Counted from the stretch's first letter, positions 21,681-33,026 are shown. The stretch is 64,000 bases of DNA from Novosphingobium sp. (GCA_036400975.1 DASWWL010000110.1:8550-72549); one strand, 5' to 3'. A program made the numbers and translations. The notes: generated by a model from the letters alone, not told the origin.

Positions 21681-22067
21681 TCAGCCCATCTTCAATCCGT
21701 GATAGACACCCAGCTTGTTCCCGTCGGGATCGCGCAAGTACGCGCCATAGGCGCCGCGCGCCTGCGGTTTGGGCTCGGGCTTGCCTTCGCAGGTGCCGCC
21801 GTTGGCTAACCCCGCCGCGTACCAGGCATCGACTTCCGCATCGCTCTGCGCCGCGAAAAGGATCGTGCCGCCGTTGGCATGGGTCGCGGGATTGCCATCG
21901 CGCGTCTTGCCGACGAGGAAGCTGGGGCCGCCGGGCAGCTTGTACATCACCATCGGATATTCAGGCGGCGTGGTCGAAGCCGGCAGGCCAAGCGCGCCGA
22001 AAGTGGCGTCATAGAACTTGCGCGCGCCGGCAACATCGTCCGTACCCACGCGAAGGCTGATAAGCAT
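21681..22067 (-). CDS. VOC family protein (tandem paralog 2)
   Basis: THANGGTI and AYLRDPDGNKL motifs. Confidence 0.85.
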   Translation of the reverse strand: MLISLRVGTDDVAGARKFYDATFGALGLPASTTPPEYPMVMYKLPGGPSFLVGKTRDGNPATHANGGTILFAAQSDAEVDAWYAAGLANGGTCEGKPEPKPQARGAYGAYLRDPDGNKLGVYHGLKMG

Positions 22068-22086
22068 CTCTCCGTTCTCCGTTTTG

Positions 22087-22467
22087 TTACGCCATCATAT
22101 GCAGTGCGCAAAGCTTGTTCCCGTCGGGATCACGCAGGTATGCCAGATACATGCTGCCGAACGCAGCCTTGCGTTCGCCCGGCGGATCCTCGCAAGTCGT
22201 GCCGCCGTTCGCCAAGCCGGCTGTATGCCACGCATCGGCCTGCTCGGCGCTGGCCATGCCGAAACCGATCGTGCCGCCGTTGGCATGCGTCGCCGCATTG
22301 CCGTCCAACGGTTTCGTGACGATGAAGTTCGCGCCGTTGTGCATATAAACGAGGCGCCCCTTGGGATCGACAAAGGCGGGATTCCCGCCGATCGCGGCGA
22401 AGAGCGCGTCGTAGAACTTTTTGGATCTCTCGATGTCGTTGCTGCCGACGACCATGTGGCTGAACAT
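22087..22467 (-). CDS. VOC family protein (tandem paralog 1)
   Basis: MFSHMVVGSND, THANGGTIGF, YLAYLRDPDGNKLCA. Confidence 0.88.
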   Translation of the reverse strand: MFSHMVVGSNDIERSKKFYDALFAAIGGNPAFVDPKGRLVYMHNGANFIVTKPLDGNAATHANGGTIGFGMASAEQADAWHTAGLANGGTTCEDPPGERKAAFGSMYLAYLRDPDGNKLCALHMMA

Positions 22468-22634
22468 TAGGTTCTCCTACTTTCCGAAAGCCTTGGCGGG
22501 GTTCATATCCGGCCCCGGCGAGCGGTCAATCGCTCATTCCCCGATATCGAGAAAACGGTTGCGGCCAAATTCAACCGGGCGCACACCGGATATGCCAGCA
22601 GGCCTCCGTCTCGCGGATGGAAGGAGAGCATTCC

Positions 22635-23057
22635 ATGCGGCAGCCCTGTTTCCGACTTGCCTGGTGCCTCGGCATCCTTGTGCTCGCACCGGCTGCAGCC
22701 ATGGCGCAAGAACGCAATCCCCCCGACATCGCCGAGAAGTTTACCGATCCCGGCACGCAAGCCGCCGCTGCCGCCACGCTTACCGCGATGAGCGACGCCT
22801 TGTTCGACCTTCCGATTGCGCCGTTCGTGCGTGCGATGCGAAGCATGGGCGATGACGAAGCCGGCAAGGATCTACCTTCGGATGCCCGCGTTCGCGATCT
22901 GGCCAAGCCCGAGGCGAACCGGCTATCGGAAGAGATCAGCCGCCGCGTACCTCAGATGATGAGCACCACTTCGGATATCATGGGAGCTCTGCGGGAAGTG
23001 CTGCCGCAGCTTCGCTCGATGGGCGGTCGCCTGCGAGACGCCATACCCACCGACTGA
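22635..23057 (+). CDS. Hypothetical secreted protein
   Basis: AAGGAG RBS; signal peptide ending AMA-Q; helical body. Confidence 0.65.
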   Translation: MRQPCFRLAWCLGILVLAPAAAMAQERNPPDIAEKFTDPGTQAAAAATLTAMSDALFDLPIAPFVRAMRSMGDDEAGKDLPSDARVRDLAKPEANRLSEEISRRVPQMMSTTSDIMGALREVLPQLRSMGGRLRDAIPTD

Positions 23058-23142
23058 CCGCCTACTTATCCACCCCATTCGATTCGGCACCCGACGCGAC
23101 GCGGCTGGACGCAGTGCCCCCCCTTGGGCATTACCGACCATT

Positions 23143-23814
23143 ATGTGGCAGCTTTATCAATTCCCGCTTTGTCCTTTCAGTCGTAAGGTCCGGCTGCTGA
23201 TGAGCGAGAAAGGCATCGGCTATGAGCTGTGGCGCGAGAATCCGTGGGAAGGGCGCGACGAATTCCTGGCGATGAATGCCGCCGGCCGCACCCCCGTCCT
23301 GCACGATGCGGAACGCGGCATCACCCTTTCCGACAGCCGGGCGATCTGCGAATTCTTCGAGGAAACCGTCGAGCGCAATCCCATGATCAACGGCACGGCG
23401 GGAAACCGTGCGGAGATCCGCCGGCTGGTCGCCTTGTTCGACGAAAACTTCTTCGGCGATATCACCGCGCCACTGTTGCACGAGCGCATGAAGAAGCGGC
23501 TCGTCATGCGTCAATCGCCGGATTCGCGCATTCTGCGCGAGGCGATGAAACTCGCGCATGAGCATCTCTATTACATCGATTACCTGATCGATAATCGTCC
23601 GTGGCTGGCGGGCTCAACAATGAGCCTGGCCGATCTGGCCGCGGCGGCGCAGATATCGGTCGCGGATTACCTGGGCGGCATCGACTGGTCGTCACACGAA
23701 CAATCGCGCGGCTGGTATTCGGTCTTCAAGAGCAGGCCAAGCTTCCGGCCCCTGCTGTCCGAACGGATGGAAGTGATTCAGCCGCCGAGCCACTACGCCG
23801 ACGTCAACGCCTGA
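23143..23814 (+). CDS. Glutathione S-transferase family protein, FzlA-like
   Basis: LCPFSRKVRL, AGRTPVL, SLADLAAAAQIS, KSRPSFRPLL; sits beside an NDUFA9-like gene as fzlA typically does in alphaproteobacteria (recalled). Confidence 0.8.
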   Translation: MWQLYQFPLCPFSRKVRLLMSEKGIGYELWRENPWEGRDEFLAMNAAGRTPVLHDAERGITLSDSRAICEFFEETVERNPMINGTAGNRAEIRRLVALFDENFFGDITAPLLHERMKKRLVMRQSPDSRILREAMKLAHEHLYYIDYLIDNRPWLAGSTMSLADLAAAAQISVADYLGGIDWSSHEQSRGWYSVFKSRPSFRPLLSERMEVIQPPSHYADVNA

Positions 23815-23818
23815 CGCG

Positions 23819-24778
23819 TCAGCGCGTGACTTGCGCCTTTGCGCCAAAGCGCCCGTGCTTGCGAAAGCGCGTCATCCAGCGGTCGAGGAAAAGCCCCAGG
23901 GGATGCGGCGCGATGCCAAGCGCAGCGATGCCGGAAATGGCGCTCGTAGCGACGTTGCCAGCTTTCAACAGCATCCACTGATCGCTGCTGATCGGCGTGC
24001 CCGGCAACGCCGCGATCAGGCCAGAAACGGCGTCGGGGAGTTCGGCGAAGAGACGCTGGCGTCCCTGCGCCTTGGCGATACGCTGGTTGAGTTCGAGCAT
24101 GGTGAGTACCTCGGGACCCGCGAGCTCGTAAGTCTTGCCACCGTGCCGGCCGGGATCGGCGAGCGCGATAGCGACAGCTTCCGCTGCGTCATTGACGAAC
24201 AGCGGCTGCAACTTTGCCGTCGGACCGAACACGGGCAATACGGGAAAGGCGGCGATCAGGCCCGCGAACATGTTCACGAAAGCATCATCGGGGCCGAACA
24301 ATGTCGTCGGCCGCAGGATTGTCGCATTCGGGAAAGCCGCGCGCACGGCAGTTTCGCCCTCGCCCTTGGTGCGGGCATATTCGCTGCGCGATTCCGCGTC
24401 CGCGCCAAGCGCCGAGACTTGGACGAATGCCGATGCGCCGGCATCGCGCGCCGCAGCGGCGATCTTGCCAGCGCCCCGGCCCTGGAGCGCATCGAGATCG
24501 CCGGCGAAGGCGCCGACGAGATTGACCACCGCATGGGCGCCCGCCACCGCCGCCGACACGCTTTCCAGTCGCGTCACATCGCAGCGGATGAATTGAACCT
24601 GCCCAAGGTTGGCGAGAGGTCTCAAGCTGAAGGCCCGCTCGGGACGACGGCTGGCGATCTTGAGGCGAGCGCCGCGTGCAAGCAGTTCCTGCGCAAGATG
24701 GCGGCCAAGAAAGCCGCTGCCACCCAGAACCGTCACGTTCACGCCGCGCAAATCCTTCGTGTCGCCCGCCAAAGCCAT
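23819..24778 (-). CDS. NDUFA9-like NAD-dependent epimerase/dehydratase (atypical SDR)
   Basis: GGSGFLG, VVNLVG, QVSALGAD, YARTKGEGE, ILRPTTLFG. Confidence 0.88.
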   Translation of the reverse strand: MALAGDTKDLRGVNVTVLGGSGFLGRHLAQELLARGARLKIASRRPERAFSLRPLANLGQVQFIRCDVTRLESVSAAVAGAHAVVNLVGAFAGDLDALQGRGAGKIAAAARDAGASAFVQVSALGADAESRSEYARTKGEGETAVRAAFPNATILRPTTLFGPDDAFVNMFAGLIAAFPVLPVFGPTAKLQPLFVNDAAEAVAIALADPGRHGGKTYELAGPEVLTMLELNQRIAKAQGRQRLFAELPDAVSGLIAALPGTPISSDQWMLLKAGNVATSAISGIAALGIAPHPLGLFLDRWMTRFRKHGRFGAKAQVTR

Positions 24779-24900
24779 GTGTCCAATTATCCCATCAGCA
24801 TGCGCCCGTTTTTCTAGACGCCCTACGCCTGCCCTTTGCCCTGTCGGGCCCCGCCGCGCAACCGGGGATGGCATTCTCTGCCGAAGGCGACGAAAGCGCG

Positions 24901-24930
24901 TTGACAAGTCCGTGCTCCCCCCGCTATCGG
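24901..24930 (+). promoter_or_regulatory. Putative sigma70 promoter of tRNA-Leu
   Basis: TTGACA at 24901, GCTATC at 24923, about 50 bp upstream of the tRNA. Confidence 0.5.
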
Positions 24931-24977
24931 CCCGCTCCTACCCGACGCGGTGAGAGCTTTTTCTCCTCGTGTCCCGT

Positions 24978-25064
24978 GCCCAGATGGCGGAATTGGTAGA
25001 CGCACCAGCTTCAGGTGCTGGCGCTCGCAAGGGCGTGGAGGTTCGAGTCCTCTTCTGGGCACCA
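24978..25064 (+). tRNA. tRNA-Leu (anticodon CAG)
   Basis: GCCCAGA/TCTGGGC acceptor stem, GGAATTGGTAGA D-loop, CCAGC-TTCAGGT-GCTGG anticodon arm, long variable arm, GGTTCGAGTCC, encoded CCA. Confidence 0.97.
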
Positions 25065-25164
25065 CAACTGGCTCTGGCGACGTCCAGGTAAGTCCAGTAA
25101 GCGGCTGGTTTCACAGCATTTCTTGACCGAAAATCGCCAGACACCGTCCGGCGAAATCCGGCTA

Positions 25165-25209
25165 AGAGCACCAGCAGCAGCCACAAAATGTTGCTCTTTT
25201 TGGTGCTCT
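25165..25209. repeat. Putative integrase arm-type binding sites
   Basis: TGTTGCTCT-TTT-TGGTGCTCT direct repeat (25189-25209) plus inverted AGAGCACCA (25165-25173), between the tRNA and int. Confidence 0.55.
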
Positions 25210-25241
25210 CGGATCGACCCGGCTTTGCTGGGAAAACGACC

Positions 25242-26471
25242 ATGCTGACCTACATCCAGATCAATGCCGCCAAGCCGAAAGCGAAGGCTTGGACCCTGAG
25301 CGATTCACAAGGCCTCCATCTCCAGATCCAACCCAACGGCTCTAAGCTCTGGCGCTTCAAGTATCGGTTCCTGGATAAGCAGAAGACGCTCCATCTTGGA
25401 GGATGGCCGCAGGTAAGCCTGGCCGACGCCCGCGTGCAGCGTGACGAGGCGAAAAAGAAGATCGCGGAAGGGATCGATCCGGCGCTGGAGAAAAAGCGCG
25501 CCAGGATCGCTGCCAAGTACGCTGCTGCCAACACCTTTGAGGCGGTGGCGCAGGAATGGCTTGTTAAATGCGAGCGGGATGGCCTCGCGCCGGTGACTGT
25601 CGACAAGATCCGCTGGCTACTCGCCAAGGCGTACCCAGTGATCGGCACCATCCCCATCGCGCAAATCACACCCCATGAAGCACTCGCCGTCCTGCGCAAG
25701 GTCGAGGCGACAGGCGCCTATGAAAGCGCACGGCGAATGCGGAGCGTCCTTAGCCGCGTCTTCCGATATGGCGTCGCGACTGTGCGATGCGACAAGGATG
25801 TCGCGGCCGATCTACGCGGGGCAATCGCCGCGCCGAAGGTCAAGCACTTCGCCGCCATCACCAAGCCCTCCGAAGTGGGCGCCCTACTGCGGGCCATCGA
25901 CGGGTATACCGGGCACAAGGTGACAGTAATGGCCATGCGCCTGTCTCCGCACGTTCTACTGCGCCCTGGCGAGCTTCGGCAGACCGAATGGTCCGACATC
26001 GACTTCGATGAAGCCATCTGGTTCATTCCCGCCGAACGGATGAAGATGCGCCGCCCCCACCGCGTGCCACTGTCACGGCAGGTGATCGCAATGCTGAAGG
26101 AACTGCACGAGCACACGCATTGGTGGAAGTATCTGTTTCCCTGCCTCGGCAAGCCGCGCAAGCCGATGTCGGAGAATGCCGTCAACCAAGGCCTGCGCAA
26201 GCTCGGCTACACCACTGACCAGATGACTGCGCATGGATTCCGGGCAATGGCCGCCACGCTTCTCAACGAGATGGGCGAATGGAACCCCGACGCGATCGAG
26301 CGGCAACTCGCGCATGTCGATACCAACCAGGTTCGGCGGGCCTACGCCCGCGGCGAATATTGGGATGAGCGTGTGCAGATGATGCAGCGCTGGTCCGACT
26401 ATCTCGACGAACTGCGCGATGGCGGCAAAATCCTCCGGCCCAGCTTCCCGGCGACACGACGCGCATCCTGA
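25242..26471 (+). CDS. int: P4-like tyrosine integrase with N-terminal Arm DNA-binding domain
   Basis: LSDSQGLHLQIQPNGSKLWRFKYR arm domain; LLRPGELR, HGFR, QLAH, RRAY catalytic motifs. Confidence 0.95.
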   Translation: MLTYIQINAAKPKAKAWTLSDSQGLHLQIQPNGSKLWRFKYRFLDKQKTLHLGGWPQVSLADARVQRDEAKKKIAEGIDPALEKKRARIAAKYAAANTFEAVAQEWLVKCERDGLAPVTVDKIRWLLAKAYPVIGTIPIAQITPHEALAVLRKVEATGAYESARRMRSVLSRVFRYGVATVRCDKDVAADLRGAIAAPKVKHFAAITKPSEVGALLRAIDGYTGHKVTVMAMRLSPHVLLRPGELRQTEWSDIDFDEAIWFIPAERMKMRRPHRVPLSRQVIAMLKELHEHTHWWKYLFPCLGKPRKPMSENAVNQGLRKLGYTTDQMTAHGFRAMAATLLNEMGEWNPDAIERQLAHVDTNQVRRAYARGEYWDERVQMMQRWSDYLDELRDGGKILRPSFPATRRAS

Positions 26472-26483
26472 TCACACCACTCC

Positions 26484-26519
26484 ACGTGCTGGCGGTCGTC
26501 GACTGCCAGCACGTTCTTT
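26484..26519 (+). terminator. Probable intrinsic terminator after the integrase
   Basis: ACGTGCTGGC/GCCAGCACGT 10-bp arms plus inner stem, followed by TCTTT. Confidence 0.65.
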
Positions 26520-26534
26520 GGTCAGCATTAAGGC

Positions 26535-26611
26535 TTACGGCTGATCGTGGGACGAAGCCGCCATTCGTCATCCTGGCTGTGAATGGCGGGTTCTCGATGG
26601 AGCAGACGTCC
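26535..26611. repeat. Junction palindrome pair A (12-7-12 family)
   Basis: GAATGGCGGGTT-CTCGATG-GAGCAGACGTCC (26581-26611); 14 nt upstream, a second copy ends in AAGCCGCCATTC (26555-26566). Confidence 0.5.
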
Positions 26612-26760
26612 GCGGCGCTCAAACAGTCAGCAGCGCCCTCCTCGCGGGTGAGGGGCGAATCATCCTTGCATCTGTCTCTCGTGAAGCTGCTAGCTCTGAA
26701 GCACCAGCAGCCAATCGTTCCCAGACCATCCGATATGACGTGGCCGCAAGGCGCAGCCAG

Positions 26761-26991
26761 CTAAGTGGCGCCTGCTTCGGCGGCAATAAGCATCCCATAC
26801 CATTGTCCGGTAACGGTGCGGATCATTAACATCGGCCTATCGTCTGCTTCGGGCTGAAGCCGATAGCGGTCGTGATCGGCATTATTCTCGAGCCAATGCC
26901 GCGCCCAGGTCAGCGCTGCAAATTCGCTATCGAGGTCGCCGTTCTTCACCGCGATACTGCCGTTGTCCTCGCGCACTAACTTCCATTCCAT
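26761..26991 (-). CDS. Hypothetical protein (76 aa)
   Basis: GGAGG RBS; protein-like composition; divergent from hsp20. Confidence 0.65.
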   Translation of the reverse strand: MEWKLVREDNGSIAVKNGDLDSEFAALTWARHWLENNADHDRYRLQPEADDRPMLMIRTVTGQWYGMLIAAEAGAT

Positions 26992-27154
26992 AGCCTTGAA
27001 CCTCCGTTCTCGGGATGAATCGCCGGGTAAATTTGCGAAGCGAGATCAGGTTCCTACGCACTTACTGACGCCTCGGCAGCGCAGTATCCGCTCCCTGCTC
27101 ATTTTTTTCGCCGAAACATCTTGAAAGCCGCGCGACTAAAATTAGCTCAATGAT

Positions 27155-27255
27155 ACCGGACGCCAAACCGGGTCCGGTTGGACATCGAGAGCGCCGGCTC
27201 TTGGTTACCGGCGCATCTCATGCCCAAATTGCTTCGTTTGGAGGATTTGGAGATG
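27155..27255 (+). promoter_or_regulatory. ROSE-type RNA thermometer in the hsp20 5' UTR
   Basis: Hairpins ACCGGAC/GTCCGGT and GCGCCGG/CCGGCGC, then CCAAA-TTGCT-TC-GTTT-GG-AGGA-TTTGG, where the ROSE UUGCU motif with bulged G pairs with the SD. CTTGAA sigma32-like -35 at 27120; -10 is poor. Confidence 0.85.
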
Positions 27256-27726
27256 AGACCGAACTTTGACTTTACCCCCTATCGCCGATCGACGGTCGGT
27301 TTCGACCGGCTGTTCAACCTGCTCGAGGCGGGCGCGCGCGAGGACGATGGCTATCCGCCTTTCGACATCCAGCGGCTCGACGACGACAATTTTCGCATCA
27401 CCGTTGCGGTCGCCGGCTTCAAGCCGGAGGATATCGAGATCGTCGCGCATCAGAACCTGCTCTCGGTGACTGGCAAGCGTGCCGATGACGCCGACAAGGT
27501 CGAATACCTGCATCGCGGTATCGCGGCCCGGGCCTTCGAGCGGCGCTTCCAGCTCGCCGATTTCATCGAGGTCGGCAACGCGAACTTCGAGCACGGCCTC
27601 CTGTCGATCGAACTGACGCGCGTCGTGCCGGAGGCGATGAAGCCGCGTCGGATCGAGATCGGCGGCAATGCGTCCGACAACAAGCGACTGGGCGAGGTGA
27701 AGGAAAAGGCGAGCGAGCCTGCCTGA
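27253..27726 (+). CDS. ibpA: Small heat shock protein, IbpA class
   Basis: FDFTPYRRSTVGFDRLF, YPPFDI, YLHRGIAARAFERRFQLAD. Confidence 0.93.
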   Translation: MRPNFDFTPYRRSTVGFDRLFNLLEAGAREDDGYPPFDIQRLDDDNFRITVAVAGFKPEDIEIVAHQNLLSVTGKRADDADKVEYLHRGIAARAFERRFQLADFIEVGNANFEHGLLSIELTRVVPEAMKPRRIEIGGNASDNKRLGEVKEKASEPA

Positions 27727-27826
27727 GCCGCGTCCACTGGCCTGCCGGCGCCGCCTCCCGACACACCCCCGCACGCGGCGGCCGGCAGGTTCAGCCTTTC
27801 ATCCAGCCAGAAAAGGAGATGTCATC

Positions 27827-28342
27827 ATGGCAATTCGTGATCTCATTCCCTGGAGCCGGCAGGAAAACCGGCTGCCCGTTCCGGTGAGCGCCGAACGGGG
27901 AAGGGACACCCATCCACTGCAGTTGCTCCACCGCGACGTGAACCGTCTCTTCGACGATGTCTTCCGCAACTTCGGCATGCCCGCCTTTGCCGGTTTCGAC
28001 CGCTTGTCGGGATTGCCCCACCTCGAGCTCGGCGAGACCGACAAGGAAATTCGCGTGACGGCGGAACTGCCGGGTATGGACGAGAAGGACGTGGAGATTT
28101 TCGTCGAAGACGGCGCTTTGACCCTGCGCGGCGAAAAGAAGTCCGAAGTCGAGGACAAGGATCGCGGCTATTCGGAGCGCAGCTATGGCCGCTTCGAGCG
28201 CCGCATCGGCCTGCCCAGAGGCATCGAACGCGACAAGGTCGCGGCCACCTTCAAGAACGGCGTCCTCACGGTGACGTTACCCAGGACGGAGGCGGCGGAA
28301 CAGAACATCCGCCGGATTCCCGTCAATGGCGGCGCCCGCTGA
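27827..28342 (+). CDS. Hsp20/alpha-crystallin family protein (different class from ibpA)
   Basis: AELPGMDEKDV, ERSYGRFERRIGLP, ATFKNGVLTVTLP; AAGGAG RBS. Confidence 0.93.
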   Translation: MAIRDLIPWSRQENRLPVPVSAERGRDTHPLQLLHRDVNRLFDDVFRNFGMPAFAGFDRLSGLPHLELGETDKEIRVTAELPGMDEKDVEIFVEDGALTLRGEKKSEVEDKDRGYSERSYGRFERRIGLPRGIERDKVAATFKNGVLTVTLPRTEAAEQNIRRIPVNGGAR

Positions 28343-28808
28343 CGGCAGGGCCCGGACTTTCGAGTCCGGGCCTTCGGCCAACGACAACCTGGCGATTGCC
28401 CTGGCGGGTGCGACCTCGTTCCCGCACGGCGCCAAGGCGATCATCGAGCCGTTGGCCCTGGCGACAAACGGCGGCCGACGCCGCCAAAATCGCTGGCGGG
28501 TCAGGTTCGCGCCGCGCTGGGGCCCGGTTGCCGACCCGCTGATGGGTTGGACCGGCGGAGGCGATCCCCTCGCGACGATCGAGCTGCGCTTTCCCTACCG
28601 CGCCTCGGCCGAGCGATATTGTCAAAGGCAGGGTCTCATCTTCGAATGCCGGACGGCGCCATCGCCAGGCCAAATCCGTCCAGCTATCCCCGATGCCCTG
28701 GGTCCCGTGCTTTGCTGCTGGCCCACAGGCCCGCACGCCCTGTGCTGCGGCAATTTCCCTTGCGCCAGTACAGCCGCCAACGGCGAGGATGAACGCAGGT
28801 CTGCATAG
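28326..28808 (+). CDS. ETC complex I subunit / NDUFS4-like family protein
   Basis: WRVRF...DPLMGWTGGGDP...IELRF...AERYCQRQG. Start uncertain: a 9-bp hairpin (28349-28372) lies inside the 5' end. Confidence 0.7.
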   Translation: MAAPADGRARTFESGPSANDNLAIALAGATSFPHGAKAIIEPLALATNGGRRRQNRWRVRFAPRWGPVADPLMGWTGGGDPLATIELRFPYRASAERYCQRQGLIFECRTAPSPGQIRPAIPDALGPVLCCWPTGPHALCCGNFPCASTAANGEDERRSA

Positions 28809-28821
28809 CTTGGGGCGCGCT

Positions 28822-29236
28822 TCAGGTAGGCGAGGATTGCTTGTCAGAGCTCGCAGCGTGCGAGGGACGCTCGTGTCGATGCCATGCCTCGTCGAGGGCG
28901 GTGAGCACGCGGTCGATAACCGCCGCGTTGCTCGCCCCCTTGGGCAGTTCGCGAACCGCGAAATGCTGCAAAGCGGACAAGGTCCTTATTGGGCAAGCGA
29001 AGCTCGATCTGCTTCGTGGCCAGTTTGTTCGGCTCGATGCCTTGGGCGGCTCGGCCACAGGCCAGCATGTGATCGAGCAGCCATTTGCGTTGGGCAAAGG
29101 CCCCCCCAGCGCTCGCAGCTCGCGGGGCGAGATCGACAGAAGCGCATCGCGAACTCATGACGTCGCAAAACGGCAGGCGTACCGGCACATCGTCCGGCTT
29201 CGGCTTGCGCCACCGCTCAAGCAGATGGCGCGTCAC
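28822..29236 (-). pseudogene. Hypothetical gene downstream of usg, possibly frameshifted near 28985
   Basis: GTG overlaps the usg stop. After LRLPN the more typical codons continue in the adjacent frame (TLSALQHFAVRELPKG...RVLTALDEAW). Confidence 0.35.
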
Positions 29237-29502
29237 CGGATATCGATCACGCCATCGACCGCGCGCCACTCGGTGGGGCGGATCATCCCCTCATGCGAAA
29301 TGCACACAGAGTGAAGCGCGGCCTCGATCTCGCGCCGCCAGTGATCGAGGAACTCAAACAGCACCGGGAAATCGGGCGCGAGATCGTACTCCTGCCAGAC
29401 GAACAACTGCAGCAGCGAGGGCGCATCGGGACGGTAGTAGTGGATCTCTGCCGTCGTCAGCCGACAGCCCTCTAGCTGCACGATGAAGTCCCACCGGCTC
29501 AT
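29233..29502 (-). CDS. usg: Usg family protein
   Basis: [34 protein letters not shown]...[12 protein letters not shown]. Confidence 0.88.
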   Translation of the reverse strand: MSRWDFIVQLEGCRLTTAEIHYYRPDAPSLLQLFVWQEYDLAPDFPVLFEFLDHWRREIEAALHSVCISHEGMIRPTEWRAVDGVIDIR

Positions 29503-29735
29503 GGCGAAGCTCTGGAACCTTCCGCGGGCCTGTCGAGCGCATGCATGGCGGCAAGGATGTCATCGATCGGCACCGCCCGCTTGGCGCCGGGCGGCTTGCG
29601 CATTGCGGGCTGGTCACGGACCGCGACACGGTCGGACGCCCAGGACGCCAGGATGGCGCGTTTCACTTCCGGCTCCAGGCTCGGGTTGTGTGCAACGTCG
29701 AAGGGATGAAGATAACGGGAAAACGGCTGCGACAT
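29499..29735 (-). CDS. Conserved hypothetical protein upstream of usg
   Basis: HPFDV...[12 protein letters not shown]-type motif (here [13 protein letters not shown]); GGAGG RBS; ATGA-coupled to usg. Confidence 0.75.
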   Translation of the reverse strand: MSQPFSRYLHPFDVAHNPSLEPEVKRAILASWASDRVAVRDQPAMRKPPGAKRAVPIDDILAAMHALDRPAEGSRASP

Positions 29736-29864
29736 GGCTGTGCCTCCTTCCTTGGTGTCGCTCCTTTTTCATCTGTGGGCGCAGCGCCCACGCCGGGAAT
29801 TTTGGAACGCAGCCGAGTCGCGTCAAGAGGGAAAGTCGCTTCGGAACAACTTGATATGCTGCGC

Positions 29865-29891
29865 TTGGCACTCAGCGGTTACGAGTGCCAA
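29865..29891. promoter_or_regulatory. CIRCE element (HrcA operator)
   Basis: TTGGCACTC-N9-GAGTGCCAA perfect inverted repeat upstream of groES. Confidence 0.92.
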
Positions 29892-30005
29892 ATTTTTTCG
29901 CGCACCATCTTGACGCAAAAAATGACCTTTCTTAATTCCGCGTCACCTGTCGTTCGAAGGATTGGCAGGTTTATCACATCTCAGTTTTGCATCTGGAGGT
30001 TATGC

Positions 30006-32001
<1,996 letters not shown>

Positions 32002-32056
32002 TACACGAGGGCCCGGCTGCGGCCGGGTCCCATCATCGAATATGAGGAACTCGACG

Positions 32057-32242
32057 ATGAAAGACCATTATCTGCGCTACCTCGAGCGCGAACATACGCG
32101 ACTCGAAGCTGAAATCCGAGAGGAAGAGAAGCGACCTCTGCCGCGCCATTTCCTGATCGGCCGGCTCAAGAAGCTGAAGCTGGCGGTGAAGGATCAGATT
32201 GCCGCCTGCTCGGGACACAAGGCCGAGCGCGAAGCCGCTTGA
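32057..32242 (+). CDS. DUF465/YdcH-like small coiled-coil protein
   Basis: REHTRLEAEIREE...IGRLKKLKLAVKDQI; GAGG RBS. Confidence 0.8.
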   Translation: MKDHYLRYLEREHTRLEAEIREEEKRPLPRHFLIGRLKKLKLAVKDQIAACSGHKAEREAA

Positions 32243-32378
32243 GCGAGAGTTCGGTGCGGACGATCTGCGCAGGTGCCCGCCGCTTCCCGGTAGCGAGCGT
32301 TTGCCGGAAACCCGATGGCGCCCATCTGCGTTGCATGATCGTCGGCCTCGTTCGGGGAAGCTCGCGAGGATGGATAGG

Positions 32379-32415
32379 GGAGCCCCGAGCCAGCCGCCGG
32401 GGCTCCTTTCCCTTT
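32379..32415 (+). terminator. Possible terminator of the groESL-DUF465 unit
   Basis: GGAGCCCCG/CGGGGCTCC 9-bp stem followed by TTTCCCTTT. Confidence 0.5.
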
Positions 32416-32444
32416 CAGCAGTAGGTAAAGCCAGGAACTTGGCA

Positions 32445-32657
32445 ATGCACTGGCGCGTGACGAAACGGCTGCCCGCAGCTAGCGAGAATGGCCGGAAGCA
32501 CATCATCGTACAGATGGAGAAAGGCGAGGAAATCGATTTCATTTTGGAGGCCGGTCTGGCGGTGACGCGCCTCCCTGACGGCACCTTTTGTATCGACGAG
32601 ACGGGCGAAATCATCCGAACCGCTGGCTCGATGGTGGTCAAAACCGAACGGTTTTGA
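32445..32657 (+). CDS. Hypothetical protein (70 aa)
   Basis: AGGA RBS; MHWRVTKRLP...FCIDETGEIIR. Confidence 0.5.
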   Translation: MHWRVTKRLPAASENGRKHIIVQMEKGEEIDFILEAGLAVTRLPDGTFCIDETGEIIRTAGSMVVKTERF

Positions 32658-32881
32658 CACCAAGGCTTTAGCCGCTCCGCCGTCATGCTGGTCACGCCCG
32701 CTGCCTCGGCCTCAGCCATCATTAGTTGGCACACACTGCCGCAGAATGACTGCCTCGTCCCGCCTCTTCACACACGGCATGCGAGACAGCCAGACAGCCC
32801 ATAATGGCGGTTCTCGGGGTCAGCGGCGAGCCCCAGCATTATCAGGATGCGGCACTCTGCGATCATCCCTTTGATTAGTCC

Positions 32882-32912
32882 GAACGGCAGTTTCCGCCGC
32901 GAGCGGACGTTC
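32882..32912. repeat. Junction palindrome B (12-7-12 family)
   Basis: GAACGGCAGTTT-CCGCCGC-GAGCGGACGTTC, about 115 bp upstream of the small recombinase. Confidence 0.55.
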
Positions 32913-33026
32913 GCGAGGGCGGCGCTGAGCGACCGACTCTGGTCGGCACGAGCCCCACAGCAAGTCCCGCGCATCCTCGTCGGCAAGCGTTCTGCAGATG
33001 GCCAATGTGGCCATAGGAGAACGATC

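Noticed and set aside
27029-27054. EcfG (GGAAC...GTT) promoter for the 76-aa gene
   Set aside because: GGAAC is present on the minus strand but the -10 reads ATTT.
28358-28367. TTCGAGTCC match to the tRNA T-loop as a possible attR
   Set aside because: Only 9 bp; part of a local GC hairpin; flanks do not match the tRNA 3' end.
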